DNA from: Trebonia sp.
GTDB lineage: Bacteria > Actinomycetota > Actinomycetes > Streptosporangiales > Streptosporangiaceae
NCBI GenBank assembly: GCA_036271115.1
Contig: DATBBI010000502.1
Location: 1-40,338, forward strand
Direction of reading: 5' to 3'
Length of the DNA stretch: 40,338 bases
The notes beneath the pieces were generated by a model. The model ran no database searches. It was not told where the DNA came from and saw only the letters and a list, made by a program, of their open reading frames with translations. Position numbers and translations under genes: made by a program. Positions 26,258 to 36,815 of the stretch are shown piece by piece. Positions within the stretch are counted from its first letter, which is position 1; each line of letters begins with the position of its first letter.

Positions 26258-26685
26258 GCTACCCGGTCACCGCCCAGCCCGACCTGGAGAAGTTCGTGGT
26301 GGAGTGCCTCGTGCCGCTGCCCGGCGTGACCTGCTTCGCCTACTCCTCAGCGCAGCTGGACCTCGCGGGCTGGCTGTGGTCCTACATGATCCAGGTCGAC
26401 GCGCGGGCCGGGCGCAAGGCCGCCGCCCGCGACCTGGCCGAGTCCGCCCGCCAGGTGATGGCCGGGCTGACGTCCGCGCCCCCCTGGGACGCCGGGACGG
26501 TCAACTACGTGCGCGCCGAGGCCGGCGCTTTCTGGAATCCCGACCCGGACGGCGGGCCGCGCTACACGGCCCGCTACGAGGTGCGGGTGCATCCCTCGCG
26601 TGACGCCTGGCGGCCCGCGACCCCCAATCCCCGGCGCGCGACCGCGACGCCGGCCGACCCCCGCAAGGAAGGGATCAGGTCATGA
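26254..26685 (+). CDS. tail terminator (putative)
   Basis: PDLE, IQVDARA, PDPD..PRY; precedes the major tail gene. Confidence 0.65.
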   Translation: MSYPVTAQPDLEKFVVECLVPLPGVTCFAYSSAQLDLAGWLWSYMIQVDARAGRKAAARDLAESARQVMAGLTSAPPWDAGTVNYVRAEAGAFWNPDPDGGPRYTARYEVRVHPSRDAWRPATPNPRRATATPADPRKEGIRS

Positions 26686-27317
26686 CGACTCCCGTCTATG
26701 AGCTAGACCCGGCCGAGGTGCAAGTTGGCACCAGCAACGGCCCCGGTCTCTACGTCGCGCCAGTCGGCACCACCCCGCCCGCCGACACCTCCACGGCGCC
26801 CGCCGCGCCGTGGGAGATCCTCGGCTACATCTCCGACGACGGCCCCACGGTCGGCTCCAGCACCACCACGCAGGACATCAAGCCGTGGCAGTCACGCTCG
26901 CCGATCCGCACGGTGGTCACCGAGCGCACGATGACGGTGAAGTTCATCCTGTGGCAGATCAACGAGCAGACCCTCGCGATGTACTTCGACGCCGACGTGC
27001 CCACGGCCGTCGCCGGGGCGTTCAAGCTGGAGGTCCGCACGGACGGCGACCAGCACCTGTACGCGATCATGGTGGACACCGCCGACGGCCCCCGCGCCAT
27101 GCGGGTGATCTTCCACCGCGCGTCGCTGTCGGACGCCGCCGACATGCAGATCCAGTCCGGCGCCGCCGTGCCGCTGGAAGTCACCCTGACCGCGCTGGAC
27201 GACGCGGGCGTGCTCGCCGACGTCCTGGTCGGCCCGTCCGCCGACGTCGGCATGAACGGGCAGATGCCGGAGACCACCAAGACCAGCATCACGACCGGGA
27301 AGGGCGCCAGCTCGTGA
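26682..27317 (+). CDS. major tail (tube) protein
   Basis: LYVAPVGT, LGYISDDG, IKPWQ, VTLTAL. Confidence 0.9.
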   Translation: MTTPVYELDPAEVQVGTSNGPGLYVAPVGTTPPADTSTAPAAPWEILGYISDDGPTVGSSTTTQDIKPWQSRSPIRTVVTERTMTVKFILWQINEQTLAMYFDADVPTAVAGAFKLEVRTDGDQHLYAIMVDTADGPRAMRVIFHRASLSDAADMQIQSGAAVPLEVTLTALDDAGVLADVLVGPSADVGMNGQMPETTKTSITTGKGASS

Positions 27318-27676
27318 CCCCGCCGAGGGCGGCGGCGGCGGACCTCGACCTGGACCTGTACGACCTGAGCGCGGCGGCCAACGCCGCGCTGGCCGAGGCG
27401 ATCGAGCGGCCGTTCCGCTTCACCTACAAGGGCGTCATCTACGAGCTGCCCAACCAGAAGCTATGGCCGCTGTCGGCCATGGAGGACACCAAGGGCGACA
27501 TCGGCACGTTCCTGACCGGGATCGGCGCCAAGCCCGAGGTGTACGAGGGCCTGGCGGCGGCCGGGCTCGTGGTGGGCGAGCTGCACCTGCTGATGGAGGC
27601 GGCCGCAGCGGACGCAGGGGTCGGGAACCTCCCAAACTCCAAGCGGCCAGCGCGGCCCGGTTCGACCCGGACGTAG
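27314..27676 (+). CDS. tail assembly chaperone (gpG-like)
   Basis: Between major tail and tape measure; contains the slippery site. Confidence 0.85.
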   Translation: MTPPRAAAADLDLDLYDLSAAANAALAEAIERPFRFTYKGVIYELPNQKLWPLSAMEDTKGDIGTFLTGIGAKPEVYEGLAAAGLVVGELHLLMEAAAADAGVGNLPNSKRPARPGSTRT

Positions 27677-28068
27677 AAGCGGCAATGCTGGCCGCGTACG
27701 GGGTCGACGTGCTCGACCCCGGCACGTCGCTTCGCCGTGTCCACGTACTGCTGGAGCGGCTGCCCCCGCATGCCCGCCGGGGCGGCGAGCAGTGGTCGAC
27801 CGAGGCTGAGCTGATGGCCAGCCTCATCGATCACGTCGCGGTGCTGACCTACGTGACGCTGAAGGCCAACGGCGCGAACGCGTCCAAGCCCAAGCCGGTC
27901 GAGCGGCCCCCGATGCGCAGGCGGCCCCAGCCGAAGGCCAGGGCGCCCCGGCCGCGCCGCCCGCTCGGCAAGGAGCAGCACGACGGCGACGAGCAGACCG
28001 GCAGCTGGGCGGACGCCATCGAGGCGATCGCCGGGTCGCCGGGAGTGCGGGTGAGCGGCGATGGCTGA
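27631..28068 (+). CDS. tail assembly chaperone extension (gpGT-like) via -1 frameshift at C CCA AAC (27631-27637)
   Basis: XXXYYYZ heptamer in the correct frame; -1 frame stays open to 28068 (RRVHVLLERLPP, WSTEAELMASLID). Confidence 0.85.
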   Translation, partial: PKLQAASAARFDPDVEAAMLAAYGVDVLDPGTSLRRVHVLLERLPPHARRGGEQWSTEAELMASLIDHVAVLTYVTLKANGANASKPKPVERPPMRRRPQPKARAPRPRRPLGKEQHDGDEQTGSWADAIEAIAGSPGVRVSGDG

Positions 28069-31000
28069 GTACAGCTACGCGGGGCTGTCGGTCGTCGTCC
28101 GGGCGGTCACCGAGCCGATGACCGCCGCGATCCGCAAGGACGCGGTCGCGGCGGGCGAGGCGGCGTCGCTGGCGCTGGAGAAGACGATCTCGGCCGGGAT
28201 CAGGAACGGGCTGCGGGCGGGCTGGTCGGACACCGCGTCGCGCAGCGCGGCCAGGGCGGCGGCGACGGCCGCGGCGGCGGAGTTCGGCGCGGCGATGACG
28301 GAGGGCGTCGCGAAGGCCGGGGCGGCGGCCGGGGAGGCGCTCGGGTCGATGAAGGCTCCCGCCGCCAGGTCGGCCAAGGCCGCAGCGGCGGCGGCGGGCG
28401 AGACGTTCAGCAAGACGCTCGTCCCGGCCGTCGCAGCGGCCGGCAGGGCGGCCGCTGACGCGATGGCGGGACCGATGACCGCCGGGGCCGAGGCGGCCGG
28501 GGCCGAGGCGGGCGCAGCGGCGGGCCGGGCGTTCGCCCTGACGATGGGCCGGCGCATGAAAGCGATCACCGCAGGCCCCGACCTGGGCGGCTGGGCGGCG
28601 GGTGCCGAGGCGGCCGGGGCGAAGGCCGGGGCGGGGACGGGCGAGGCGTTCAACGCGGCCCTGGCCGCCAGCATGAAGGCCGGCGGCGCGGGCGCCGCCT
28701 GGACCTGGCGGGCCGAGGTGATCCCCGGCATGGCCAAGGCGGGAGGCATGGCCGCCATCACGGCGGGCGACGCGATGGATGCCGGGCTCAGGACCCGCAT
28801 GTCGGTCCTGGGCCGCGAGGCGGGCGCCCGGTTCACCGCCGCGATGGACGAGATGATCCGGCCCGGCATGGCTAGGGTCGGGGCGTCGGTCAAGACCGGC
28901 ATGAAGCACGTGGCCAGCACGGCGGGCAACGCGGTCAAGGCGGTCGGCCTGGTCGCCGGAGTGCTCGGCGGCGGGTTCCTCGGCTACGCCATCAAGGCGG
29001 GCGTCGCCTACAACGTGCTGTACCAGAAGTCACAGAAGGCGTTCGAGACCATCCTGGGCAGCCAGAAGGCCGCCGACAAGATGATGACGAACCTGGCCAA
29101 GTTCGCCAAGACCAGCCCGTTCCCCCGGCAGACGTTCATCACCGCCACCCAGCAGATGCTCGGCTTCGGGGTCAGCGCCAAAAACGTCATCCCCACGCTG
29201 AGCGCGGTGCAGGACGCCGTGGCGGCGGTCGGCGGGAACGCCAACGACATCCTCGGCGTGGTCAACGTGCTGGCCAAGGTCCAGTCACAGGGCAAGTTCA
29301 CCGCCCGCACCCTCAACGAGATGGGCATACGCGGCATCGACGCCGCCACCCTGATCGGCAAGGGCATGAACATGACCTCGGCCCAGGTCCGCAAGGCGAT
29401 CACGAAAGACACGCTGAACTCCCAGACCGCGATGACCGTGCTGGTCCAGCAGATGCAGATCCGCTACCGGGGCGCGGCGGCCGGGCTGAAGTCGACGTGG
29501 ACCGGCGCGAAGCAGTCGATCCAGGCCGCCATGCGCGACATCGGCTCGGCGCTGGTGGAGCCGTTCATCTCCAAGAAGGGCGGCGGCCTGGCCATCCAGT
29601 GGGCGAACAAGCTCGGCAAGGTGCTGTGGAAGCTGGAGCCGCTGGTGCAGCCGCTCGCCGACGCGCTCATGGTGTCGCTGGCGCCCGCGATCAACGCGGT
29701 CAACAAGGCGATCGACTGGCTGCTCAACCAGGTGGACAAGCTGTCGGGCGCCAACATGAAGACCGCCACCGACGCGGTGAAGAAGTTCGGCGCGGCGGCC
29801 CTCGGGGTGGGCGTCGCGCTCAGCGCCATCACGGCGAGCAAGTTCCTGGCCGGCATCCCGCTGATCGGCGACGTCGTGACCGGGCTGCTCGGGCCGTTCA
29901 CCGAGCTGGCCGGGCTCATGCTCGACATCACCAACCCGATCGCCTGGGTGGTCGACGGGATCATCCTGATCGTCGTGGCCAGCTCCAAGCTGCGGGCCTC
30001 GCTGAGCCAGTTCGGCAAGGCGTTCATGAAGGACATGCGGCCCGTGCTGACCCAGATCGTGGCCGGGTTCAAGGAGCTGTGGCCCTACGTCTGGAACCTG
30101 GCCAAGACCATCGGCGACAGCCTCACGCCCGTGGTGCAGCACCTCACCAAGTTCCTCAAGCCGCTCGGCGTGCTGCTCGCCCTCATGGCGCACGTGATCT
30201 TCAAGGAGCTGGCGATGGAGGCGAAGTTCCTCGCGCCCGTGCTCAAGGTTGCGTTCCGCATCATCGGCGACGTGCTCATCTGGCTCATCGACGGGCCGCT
30301 CACCTGGCTGGTCAAGGCGATGATCTGGGTGTTCATCAAGCTGAAGTTCTTCACCGACCACACCAAAGTGGTCTTCACCACCATCGCGCGCGTGCTGTTC
30401 GGCATCTGGCGGCCGTTCGAGGCCGAGACGGTGCGGATCTGGAACGCCGTGGTGGGCGCGCTGACCGTCGCCTACAAGGCGGTCGCCGGGGTCGTGATGG
30501 CCATCGTGCACGCGGTCACGACCGCCTGGAACGCGGTGTGGGCCGCCTCGGTCGCGGTGTGGAACGTGATCGTGACCGTGATCAAGCTCGCGCTGGCCGT
30601 CATCGGCTTCGTGATCAACGTGTGGCTGATCCTGGTGCGGGCGATCTTCCTGGCCGCGTTCGAGATCTGGCGGGGGATCTTCCGCACCTTCTGGGGCTGG
30701 ATCGGCCCGTATGTCATGGCGGTGTTCCGCGCGCTCGTCGCGGTGATCAAGTTCTTCATGGCGCCGATCGTGCTGATCATCACCGCCGCCTGGACCCTGA
30801 TCCGCATCGCGGTGACCGCCTCGGTGAACTGGCTGAAGACCGCGATCCCGGCCGCCTGGCACTGGATCACCGCCGTGACCGCCAGGGCGTGGAATGACAT
30901 CGCAGCGCCCGTCTCGCACTGGTATCACAACGTGGTCGGCTGGGTAAAGACCGCGCTGAACTGGATCAAGGGCGCGTCCTCGGCGGTGTGGAGCTGGGTC

Positions 31001-34000
31001 ACGTCCAACACCGCCCAGGCGTGGAACGCGACCGGCGCGGTCGTCCTGTCGTGGTACCACAACGTGGTCGGCTGGCTGACCGCCGCGTTCAACTGGGTCA
31101 AGTCGAGGCTGGCCGCCGCGTGGCGCTGGGTGTCCGACACCACCGCGACCCTGTGGGGCAAGATCGCCGCGCCGCTGCTCGGCTTCTGGAACGTCATCAA
31201 GACGCCGCTCACCAAGATGATGGACTGGATCAAGGGGCTGTTCTCCGGCGCCTGGGCCGCAATCGTGTCCGCCGCCACCGGCGTTGGCGGGGACGTGCTC
31301 CGCGTGCTGAAGTCCGGTTTCGAGACGGCGTGGAAAGACATCAGCTCGTGGGTTAAGGCGCAGATCGTTGACCCGATCATCGGGGCGGTGCGGCGCTGGT
31401 TCCACATTCCCGGCGGGAGCGGCGGCGGCGGGGCCGCCACGGGCCGCGCGGGCGGCCCGCAGGGCGGCGGAGGCGCCTCCGTGGCGGCGGCGGCGGCCGG
31501 AGGCGCGGCCGGGGCGGCGGCGGCCGGAGGCGGCGGCGGCGGCGGGAGCCTGTGGGGCAACGTCGGCGACATGTTCAAGGGCATGCTGCACGACGTGGTG
31601 TCCGCCAACCCGGTCGAGACGGCCGAGCACGTGTTCGGCTCGATGGCCAAGGCGCTGGGCTGGATGGTGGTCCGGGGCGTGGTCGCGGCGAACTCGCTGC
31701 CGCTGGAGGCAATGAGCGTGCTGGAGAAGATCCCCGGCGTCCAGGCCGCGATGGGCTGGCTGGGCTCCGGCCTGTCGGGCGCGTGGAACTTCGCCAAGGG
31801 CCTAGCCGGCCTCGGCGGCGGCGGCGGCCTGGTCTCGCGGGCGCTCGGGTTCGGCGGGCACCCGTACGTGTGGGGCGGCGGCGCCAACCCGGCCACCGGG
31901 TTCGACTGCTCGTCATTCGTCAACATGGTCGCCGGGATGGCGGGCCTGCCGATCCCCGGCGGGTTCCGCGCGCCGAGCTCGCAGCACGGGCCGGTCACCA
32001 CGAACTGGCTCGGCTACGGCGGGCTGACCACCGTCCCCTACGACTCGATGATGCCGGGCGACCTGTACATCAACACAGGCCATATGGGCATCGTCACCGG
32101 GAAGGGCACCGGGTTCGCGGCCCGCTCGACCGCCAGCGGCACCGGGGCGCAAAGCGTACCGCGGGGCGTCTACACGATCCGCCGGTTCCCTGGCGGCGGC
32201 GGAGTCGGCGGCGGCGTGGCGGGCAGCGCCGACGTGCTCGCCCAGGCCCTCGCCGGGCTGCTGAGCCAGAGCCAGGGCCTCGTGCCGGTCATCGCCGGTT
32301 CGTCCAGCCAGAACCTGGAGACGATCGCCCGCTACATGGCCGGGCACGGCTGGAGCCTGCCGGGCGCGGCCGGCGTCGCGGGTAACGTCTGGCGCGAGTC
32401 GCTCGGTGACCCGCTGTCCTACGGCAGCGGCGGGCGCGGGCTGATCGGCTGGACGCCGCCTAACACGCTGCCTAACTCGGCGTTCATCGCGGGCAACCCC
32501 TCGGCGTCCCTGTCGCGGCAGCTGCCGCTCGTCAACTCGTTCTTCCGGGGCAACATGGGCCGCTACTGGTCCCTGGCCAACGCCCAGTCCGACGCGGGCC
32601 GCGCCGCGCTCGTCATCATGAACATGGGCGAGCGCCCGGCGGGCTCTAGCCAGTCCAACCCGTTCTACGGCGGGTCGGGCACCAGCGCGGGCAGCTCGCG
32701 GGCCGCGATGGCCCGCAACATCTTCGAGCTGCTGCGGCAGTCGGCCACGGTCAAGATGGCGAGCGGCGGCGTGATCCGCGAGCCGGTCGCGGGCCTCGGC
32801 GCGTCCGGCACCCGCTACCTGCTCGGCGAGGCCGGGCCCGAGGGCGTGCTGCCCGCCAAGCTGCTGGAGTACCTGCGGCGGCTGCTGGCCAGGATGGCGG
32901 CGGCCCGCGCGCCGAAGGGCGCGAACCTCGGCAACGTGTGGGCCGGGTCGCCGCTGCCCGCCGTCACCGCAGCGCCCAAGCAGGCCGCTGCGAAGACCGT
33001 CAAGGCGCACACGGCTGCCAGCGAGGCGGTGCGGCTCGCGGCGATCGCGGCGGCGGCGGCGGCCAAAGCGGGCGGCGCGACGACCGGGGCGGCGGCCAGG
33101 GCGGCGAAGGCGGCGCACACGGCGGCCGTGGCGGCGGCGAAGGTGGCCGCGACGATCGCGGCGCGCGCGGCGAAGGTGGCCGCGACCAACACGGCGGCGA
33201 TGGCGCGGACCGTGGCCGACAACGCCGAGCGGCTGGCGAAGGCGGCGGCCGAGAACACCGCCCGGCTGGCCAAGGCGCAGGCGTCGATCGCGGCGCGCGA
33301 CCAGCGCGCCGCGTCTGACAATGCCGCCCGCAACGCCAAGACCCGCACGGAGAACACGGCCGCGCTCCAGCGGGCGGCGCAGACCAACGCCGCTGAACTC
33401 GCCAAGGCGCAGGCCCACCAGTACGCCAACGCGAAGGCGCGGCAGAACGCGCTGAGCAAGGTGAGCATCGACAACGCCGAGCGGCTCACCAAGGCGCAGA
33501 GCGCCAACGCGGCCCGGCTCGCGAAGGCGAACACCAGCGACGCCAACGCGCTGGCCAAGGCGCAGATCAACGATAACTCCGCGCTCGCCAAGGCGAAGGC
33601 GGGCAACACCGCCAACCTCGCCAAGGCGGAAGCGGCCAACACCGCCGCGCTGGCCAAGGCGCAGGCGACCGCGCTGGAGAACCTCGAGAAAACCGGGATC
33701 AGCGCGGCCGAGGCAATGCGTAGGCTCGCCGCGCAGACCGCCGGGATCGTCGCGGCGGCGGCGGGCAAGCCGGTCAAGCCGACGCTCGGCAACGTCCGGG
33801 TGCGCCTCCACCCCCGGCTCGGCGGCATGCGGGTCACGCCGGGGCTCGTCTCGACCGGCCCCGTGGCGATCCACGACCAGCTCGCCGATGAGGCGGCGCG
33901 CAAGAAGGCGATCGTGGAGGCCGAGCACGAGGCGGCGCTGCGCAAGGCGGCCGAGCGGGCTCGCCGCGGCCTGGTGACCGTCAACGTGTACCCGCGCGCA

Positions 34001-34075
34001 AGCCAGTCCGAGACGGAGATCGCCGCCGCCGTCTCGCGGTCGCTCGGCTGGGCGGCACAGGGAGGTGCACATTGA
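28061..34075 (+). CDS. tape measure protein with NlpC/P60 and tail-lysozyme domains
   Basis: 2004 aa; FAKTSPF tape-measure motif, Trp-spaced repeats, PYVWGG..FDCSS..GHMGI, AGVAGNVWRES..GLIGW, GEAGPE. Confidence 0.95.
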   Translation: MAEYSYAGLSVVVRAVTEPMTAAIRKDAVAAGEAASLALEKTISAGIRNGLRAGWSDTASRSAARAAATAAAAEFGAAMTEGVAKAGAAAGEALGSMKAPAARSAKAAAAAAGETFSKTLVPAVAAAGRAAADAMAGPMTAGAEAAGAEAGAAAGRAFALTMGRRMKAITAGPDLGGWAAGAEAAGAKAGAGTGEAFNAALAASMKAGGAGAAWTWRAEVIPGMAKAGGMAAITAGDAMDAGLRTRMSVLGREAGARFTAAMDEMIRPGMARVGASVKTGMKHVASTAGNAVKAVGLVAGVLGGGFLGYAIKAGVAYNVLYQKSQKAFETILGSQKAADKMMTNLAKFAKTSPFPRQTFITATQQMLGFGVSAKNVIPTLSAVQDAVAAVGGNANDILGVVNVLAKVQSQGKFTARTLNEMGIRGIDAATLIGKGMNMTSAQVRKAITKDTLNSQTAMTVLVQQMQIRYRGAAAGLKSTWTGAKQSIQAAMRDIGSALVEPFISKKGGGLAIQWANKLGKVLWKLEPLVQPLADALMVSLAPAINAVNKAIDWLLNQVDKLSGANMKTATDAVKKFGAAALGVGVALSAITASKFLAGIPLIGDVVTGLLGPFTELAGLMLDITNPIAWVVDGIILIVVASSKLRASLSQFGKAFMKDMRPVLTQIVAGFKELWPYVWNLAKTIGDSLTPVVQHLTKFLKPLGVLLALMAHVIFKELAMEAKFLAPVLKVAFRIIGDVLIWLIDGPLTWLVKAMIWVFIKLKFFTDHTKVVFTTIARVLFGIWRPFEAETVRIWNAVVGALTVAYKAVAGVVMAIVHAVTTAWNAVWAASVAVWNVIVTVIKLALAVIGFVINVWLILVRAIFLAAFEIWRGIFRTFWGWIGPYVMAVFRALVAVIKFFMAPIVLIITAAWTLIRIAVTASVNWLKTAIPAAWHWITAVTARAWNDIAAPVSHWYHNVVGWVKTALNWIKGASSAVWSWVTSNTAQAWNATGAVVLSWYHNVVGWLTAAFNWVKSRLAAAWRWVSDTTATLWGKIAAPLLGFWNVIKTPLTKMMDWIKGLFSGAWAAIVSAATGVGGDVLRVLKSGFETAWKDISSWVKAQIVDPIIGAVRRWFHIPGGSGGGGAATGRAGGPQGGGGASVAAAAAGGAAGAAAAGGGGGGGSLWGNVGDMFKGMLHDVVSANPVETAEHVFGSMAKALGWMVVRGVVAANSLPLEAMSVLEKIPGVQAAMGWLGSGLSGAWNFAKGLAGLGGGGGLVSRALGFGGHPYVWGGGANPATGFDCSSFVNMVAGMAGLPIPGGFRAPSSQHGPVTTNWLGYGGLTTVPYDSMMPGDLYINTGHMGIVTGKGTGFAARSTASGTGAQSVPRGVYTIRRFPGGGGVGGGVAGSADVLAQALAGLLSQSQGLVPVIAGSSSQNLETIARYMAGHGWSLPGAAGVAGNVWRESLGDPLSYGSGGRGLIGWTPPNTLPNSAFIAGNPSASLSRQLPLVNSFFRGNMGRYWSLANAQSDAGRAALVIMNMGERPAGSSQSNPFYGGSGTSAGSSRAAMARNIFELLRQSATVKMASGGVIREPVAGLGASGTRYLLGEAGPEGVLPAKLLEYLRRLLARMAAARAPKGANLGNVWAGSPLPAVTAAPKQAAAKTVKAHTAASEAVRLAAIAAAAAAKAGGATTGAAARAAKAAHTAAVAAAKVAATIAARAAKVAATNTAAMARTVADNAERLAKAAAENTARLAKAQASIAARDQRAASDNAARNAKTRTENTAALQRAAQTNAAELAKAQAHQYANAKARQNALSKVSIDNAERLTKAQSANAARLAKANTSDANALAKAQINDNSALAKAKAGNTANLAKAEAANTAALAKAQATALENLEKTGISAAEAMRRLAAQTAGIVAAAAGKPVKPTLGNVRVRLHPRLGGMRVTPGLVSTGPVAIHDQLADEAARKKAIVEAEHEAALRKAAERARRGLVTVNVYPRASQSETEIAAAVSRSLGWAAQGGAH

Positions 34076-35613
34076 GCGATCCGGGCTGGACGTGGACCGC
34101 AAGCCCGCCGGTCACCTGGGACGGGCTCGCCCTCAACCCGCTGGCCGACGACGCGAACGGCGTGCTGTGCGTCGTGGAAGACGTCACCGGCTGGTATGAC
34201 TCACCGGACTACGACGGGCACGACACGGCGCTCGTGCTGTCCGACGGGTCGCTGACCGGGCCGAAAACGGCGGCGGCGCGCACCGTGACGATCAACGGCT
34301 CGGCGGTCGGCCCGCCGCCCGCCCTGGCGCTGTTCCGCGACCAGCTCGTCACCCGCGCCGCCAGGCTGGTCCCCGCTGACCTGATGATCCCCGACGCGGC
34401 GGGCCGCTACATGACCGCGAGCGTGCGGTGCGACAGCGATGGGTTCAAGCACACGTTCAGCGGGCCGGGGCTGTTCGCCTGGCAGCTCACCCTGACCGCC
34501 GCCGACCCGCGCAAGTACGGCACCTCCTATGACGGGAACCTGGCCCCGGTCAGCGTGGGCACCGGGTGGCGCTATGCCCAGGCGGGCGACTGGCGGGTCG
34601 GGGTGACGGTCCCCGCCAACGGTAACGCCCCCTACGACTGGGTGATGACCATGCTGGGGCTCGTGCCGACCGGCGGCGCCGTGTCGCACAACGCGTTCTG
34701 CTATACCTACAACGGCGGCAGCGCCACGTCCCTGGTCCTGAGTTCCTACGTCGGCGCCAAGCTGGTCGACAACGGCGACGTGGCGCTGCTGCTGCTCGTC
34801 GCCGACCGGCCGGTCAAGGTGCTGACGGTCACCGACACCCAGGGCAACGTCTACACCGAGGCGTACGTGAGCACGGCGGCCGGGCGGCAGCATCACATCT
34901 GGCTGTGCCCGAACGCGAAGGCGATGACGCAGGCGGCGGCGGACAAGGTGACCGTCACCACCGATGTCGGGTGGGTCGGCACCGCGCAGGTGACCGGCTT
35001 CAAGGGCGTCGTCGGGCAGCTCATGGCCGCCGCGACCTCTAGCGGGCACTCTGACATCCCGAACGCGTCGCTGTGGCTGCCGCAGCAGACCGCGGTCGTG
35101 CTCGCCAGCCTGTCCGGCCCGAGCGGGCTGGCGTTCCTCACTCCGCCAGGCGGCGTCTGGACGCCTTACGAGCTGCTCGGCACGGGCAACCTGTACTCGG
35201 TCGGGCTGCGCACCGGCCTGCTGACCGCCCCGGTCTGGCCGGTGGCGAACAACGTGCGCGGGTACAAGCGCCTGTACGGGGACAAGGTGCTGGCCAACAC
35301 CCTCGTGCTGGAGAACGCGGGCAACGTGCCCGCGCCGGTCCTGCTGAACTACCTGGGCGACCTGGGCACCTCGCGGCTGGTCGACAATGCGACCGGGAAC
35401 ACGATCTACCTGGCAGCGGTGCCCGGCCAGGCGCAGGTCACCGTCGATTCCGAGACGCTGAACGCGTGGGCGCCGGGCGGCGTGTCGCGCGCGTCCTACG
35501 TGCTGCCCGGATCGGCGCCGCTGATGGTGCCCGCGACGGGCTCGGCCACCTGGACGCTGTACTCCACCGGGGCCGGGCAGGTCACGGCGCAATGGTCGGC
35601 GGCATGGCAATAG
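34072..35613 (+). CDS. distal tail protein (Dit-like) with an inserted domain
   Basis: VTGWYDSP, RTVTING, LTAADPRKY, NAGNVPAP; GGAGGT RBS before TTG. Confidence 0.8.
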   Translation: MSDPGWTWTASPPVTWDGLALNPLADDANGVLCVVEDVTGWYDSPDYDGHDTALVLSDGSLTGPKTAAARTVTINGSAVGPPPALALFRDQLVTRAARLVPADLMIPDAAGRYMTASVRCDSDGFKHTFSGPGLFAWQLTLTAADPRKYGTSYDGNLAPVSVGTGWRYAQAGDWRVGVTVPANGNAPYDWVMTMLGLVPTGGAVSHNAFCYTYNGGSATSLVLSSYVGAKLVDNGDVALLLLVADRPVKVLTVTDTQGNVYTEAYVSTAAGRQHHIWLCPNAKAMTQAAADKVTVTTDVGWVGTAQVTGFKGVVGQLMAAATSSGHSDIPNASLWLPQQTAVVLASLSGPSGLAFLTPPGGVWTPYELLGTGNLYSVGLRTGLLTAPVWPVANNVRGYKRLYGDKVLANTLVLENAGNVPAPVLLNYLGDLGTSRLVDNATGNTIYLAAVPGQAQVTVDSETLNAWAPGGVSRASYVLPGSAPLMVPATGSATWTLYSTGAGQVTAQWSAAWQ

Positions 35614-36815
35614 CCCCGCCGTCACTGCGGCCCGTCCCGCTGCCCGGCGCATGGCGCTTCTGGGCCGACATGATCGTGACCGGGCAGCCACTCGGGCCGG
35701 TCACCTGCACCGCGTTCACCGGCTCACGGCTGCTGTCCGGGTTCGGCACCGGGTCGGTGACCGTGCCGTCCGGGTCGACGTCACTGCCGCCCGACCGGCT
35801 GCTGCGCCTGTGGTCGTGGCGGCTGTGGGTCTTCTACAACGGCAAGCCGGTCTGGTGCGGCGTCCCGAACGGCATCGCCGACCAGGCGGCGGGCACCGTG
35901 ACGCTGACCCTGACGGAGCTGCCCGGCTACCTGTCGAAGCGGGCGCTCGACGTGGTGGGCGGCGTCACCTACACGCAGGCCGAGCAGACGGCGATCGCGG
36001 CGTTCCTCGCGCAGCCCCTCGCCGACGTCGGCGTGAGCGTCCTCACCGACCCCGGCCCCGGCTACCTGCGCGACGCGTTCTTCGACTACCTAGCCAGCAC
36101 CGACCGCGCCCAGCTGCTCACCACGTTCGCGACGTCGCTGTCCGCGCCGGAGTTCCGCGCCGAGTACTACACCGACGCCGGGGGACGGCCGCACTGCCGC
36201 CTGCGCATCGTCTACCCGCGCGTCGGCGCGGCGACCGGGCTGGGGCTGATCGTGCCCGGCAACGCCACCGACTACAGCGGCACGTGGGACAGTGACCGGC
36301 TGCGGACCCGCACCTTCGCCACCGGCACAGTGCCCGCGGGCGCGGCCTCGGACGCGACCGCGCCCGTCGTCGTGGTCGACCTTCCGCAGGCCGACCTGCC
36401 CCGCCTCGACGCCATCGATGACTACCAGGACGTCTCCCTGGTCTCAACGCTGACCGCGCGCGCCAACACCGCCGCCGCCCAGTACGCCGCGCCCGCCGTG
36501 TCGATCAGCGGCACGCTGCCCGCCTCGCTGCCCGCGCTCGGCACCTACGACCCCGGCGACGACGTGTCCCTACTCGTCTCGGACCCGCTGCTGCCCGGCG
36601 CGCTTGTCGGCACGGCGCGGCTGACGCAGATGGACATGGACGCGGCGGCGGGCACGGTCGCGCTCACCGTCGCCGTCAGCCAGCCCGCGCCGAAGGCCCG
36701 CGACACGCTGACCGCCCGCCTATGGGGCGGCACCGTGCAGATGGCGCGGATGACCCACAAGAACCTGGCGCCCGTAGCGGCGCAGCAGACCGACACACCA
36801 GGAGGCACTCCATGA
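35604..36815 (+). CDS. minor tail protein (baseplate hub/Tal-like)
   Basis: Follows Dit; YNGKPVWCG, LGTYDPGDDV motifs. Confidence 0.75.
   Translation: MAIAPPSLRPVPLPGAWRFWADMIVTGQPLGPVTCTAFTGSRLLSGFGTGSVTVPSGSTSLPPDRLLRLWSWRLWVFYNGKPVWCGVPNGIADQAAGTVTLTLTELPGYLSKRALDVVGGVTYTQAEQTAIAAFLAQPLADVGVSVLTDPGPGYLRDAFFDYLASTDRAQLLTTFATSLSAPEFRAEYYTDAGGRPHCRLRIVYPRVGAATGLGLIVPGNATDYSGTWDSDRLRTRTFATGTVPAGAASDATAPVVVVDLPQADLPRLDAIDDYQDVSLVSTLTARANTAAAQYAAPAVSISGTLPASLPALGTYDPGDDVSLLVSDPLLPGALVGTARLTQMDMDAAAGTVALTVAVSQPAPKARDTLTARLWGGTVQMARMTHKNLAPVAAQQTDTPGGTP

Noticed and set aside
29285-34102. Long antisense or alternate-frame ORFs (29285..31630, 31913..34102, also 4185..5912, 10362..12227, 11186..12997)
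   Set aside because: Shadow ORFs caused by high GC3; Arg/Gly/Pro-rich, without motifs, and overlapping well-supported genes
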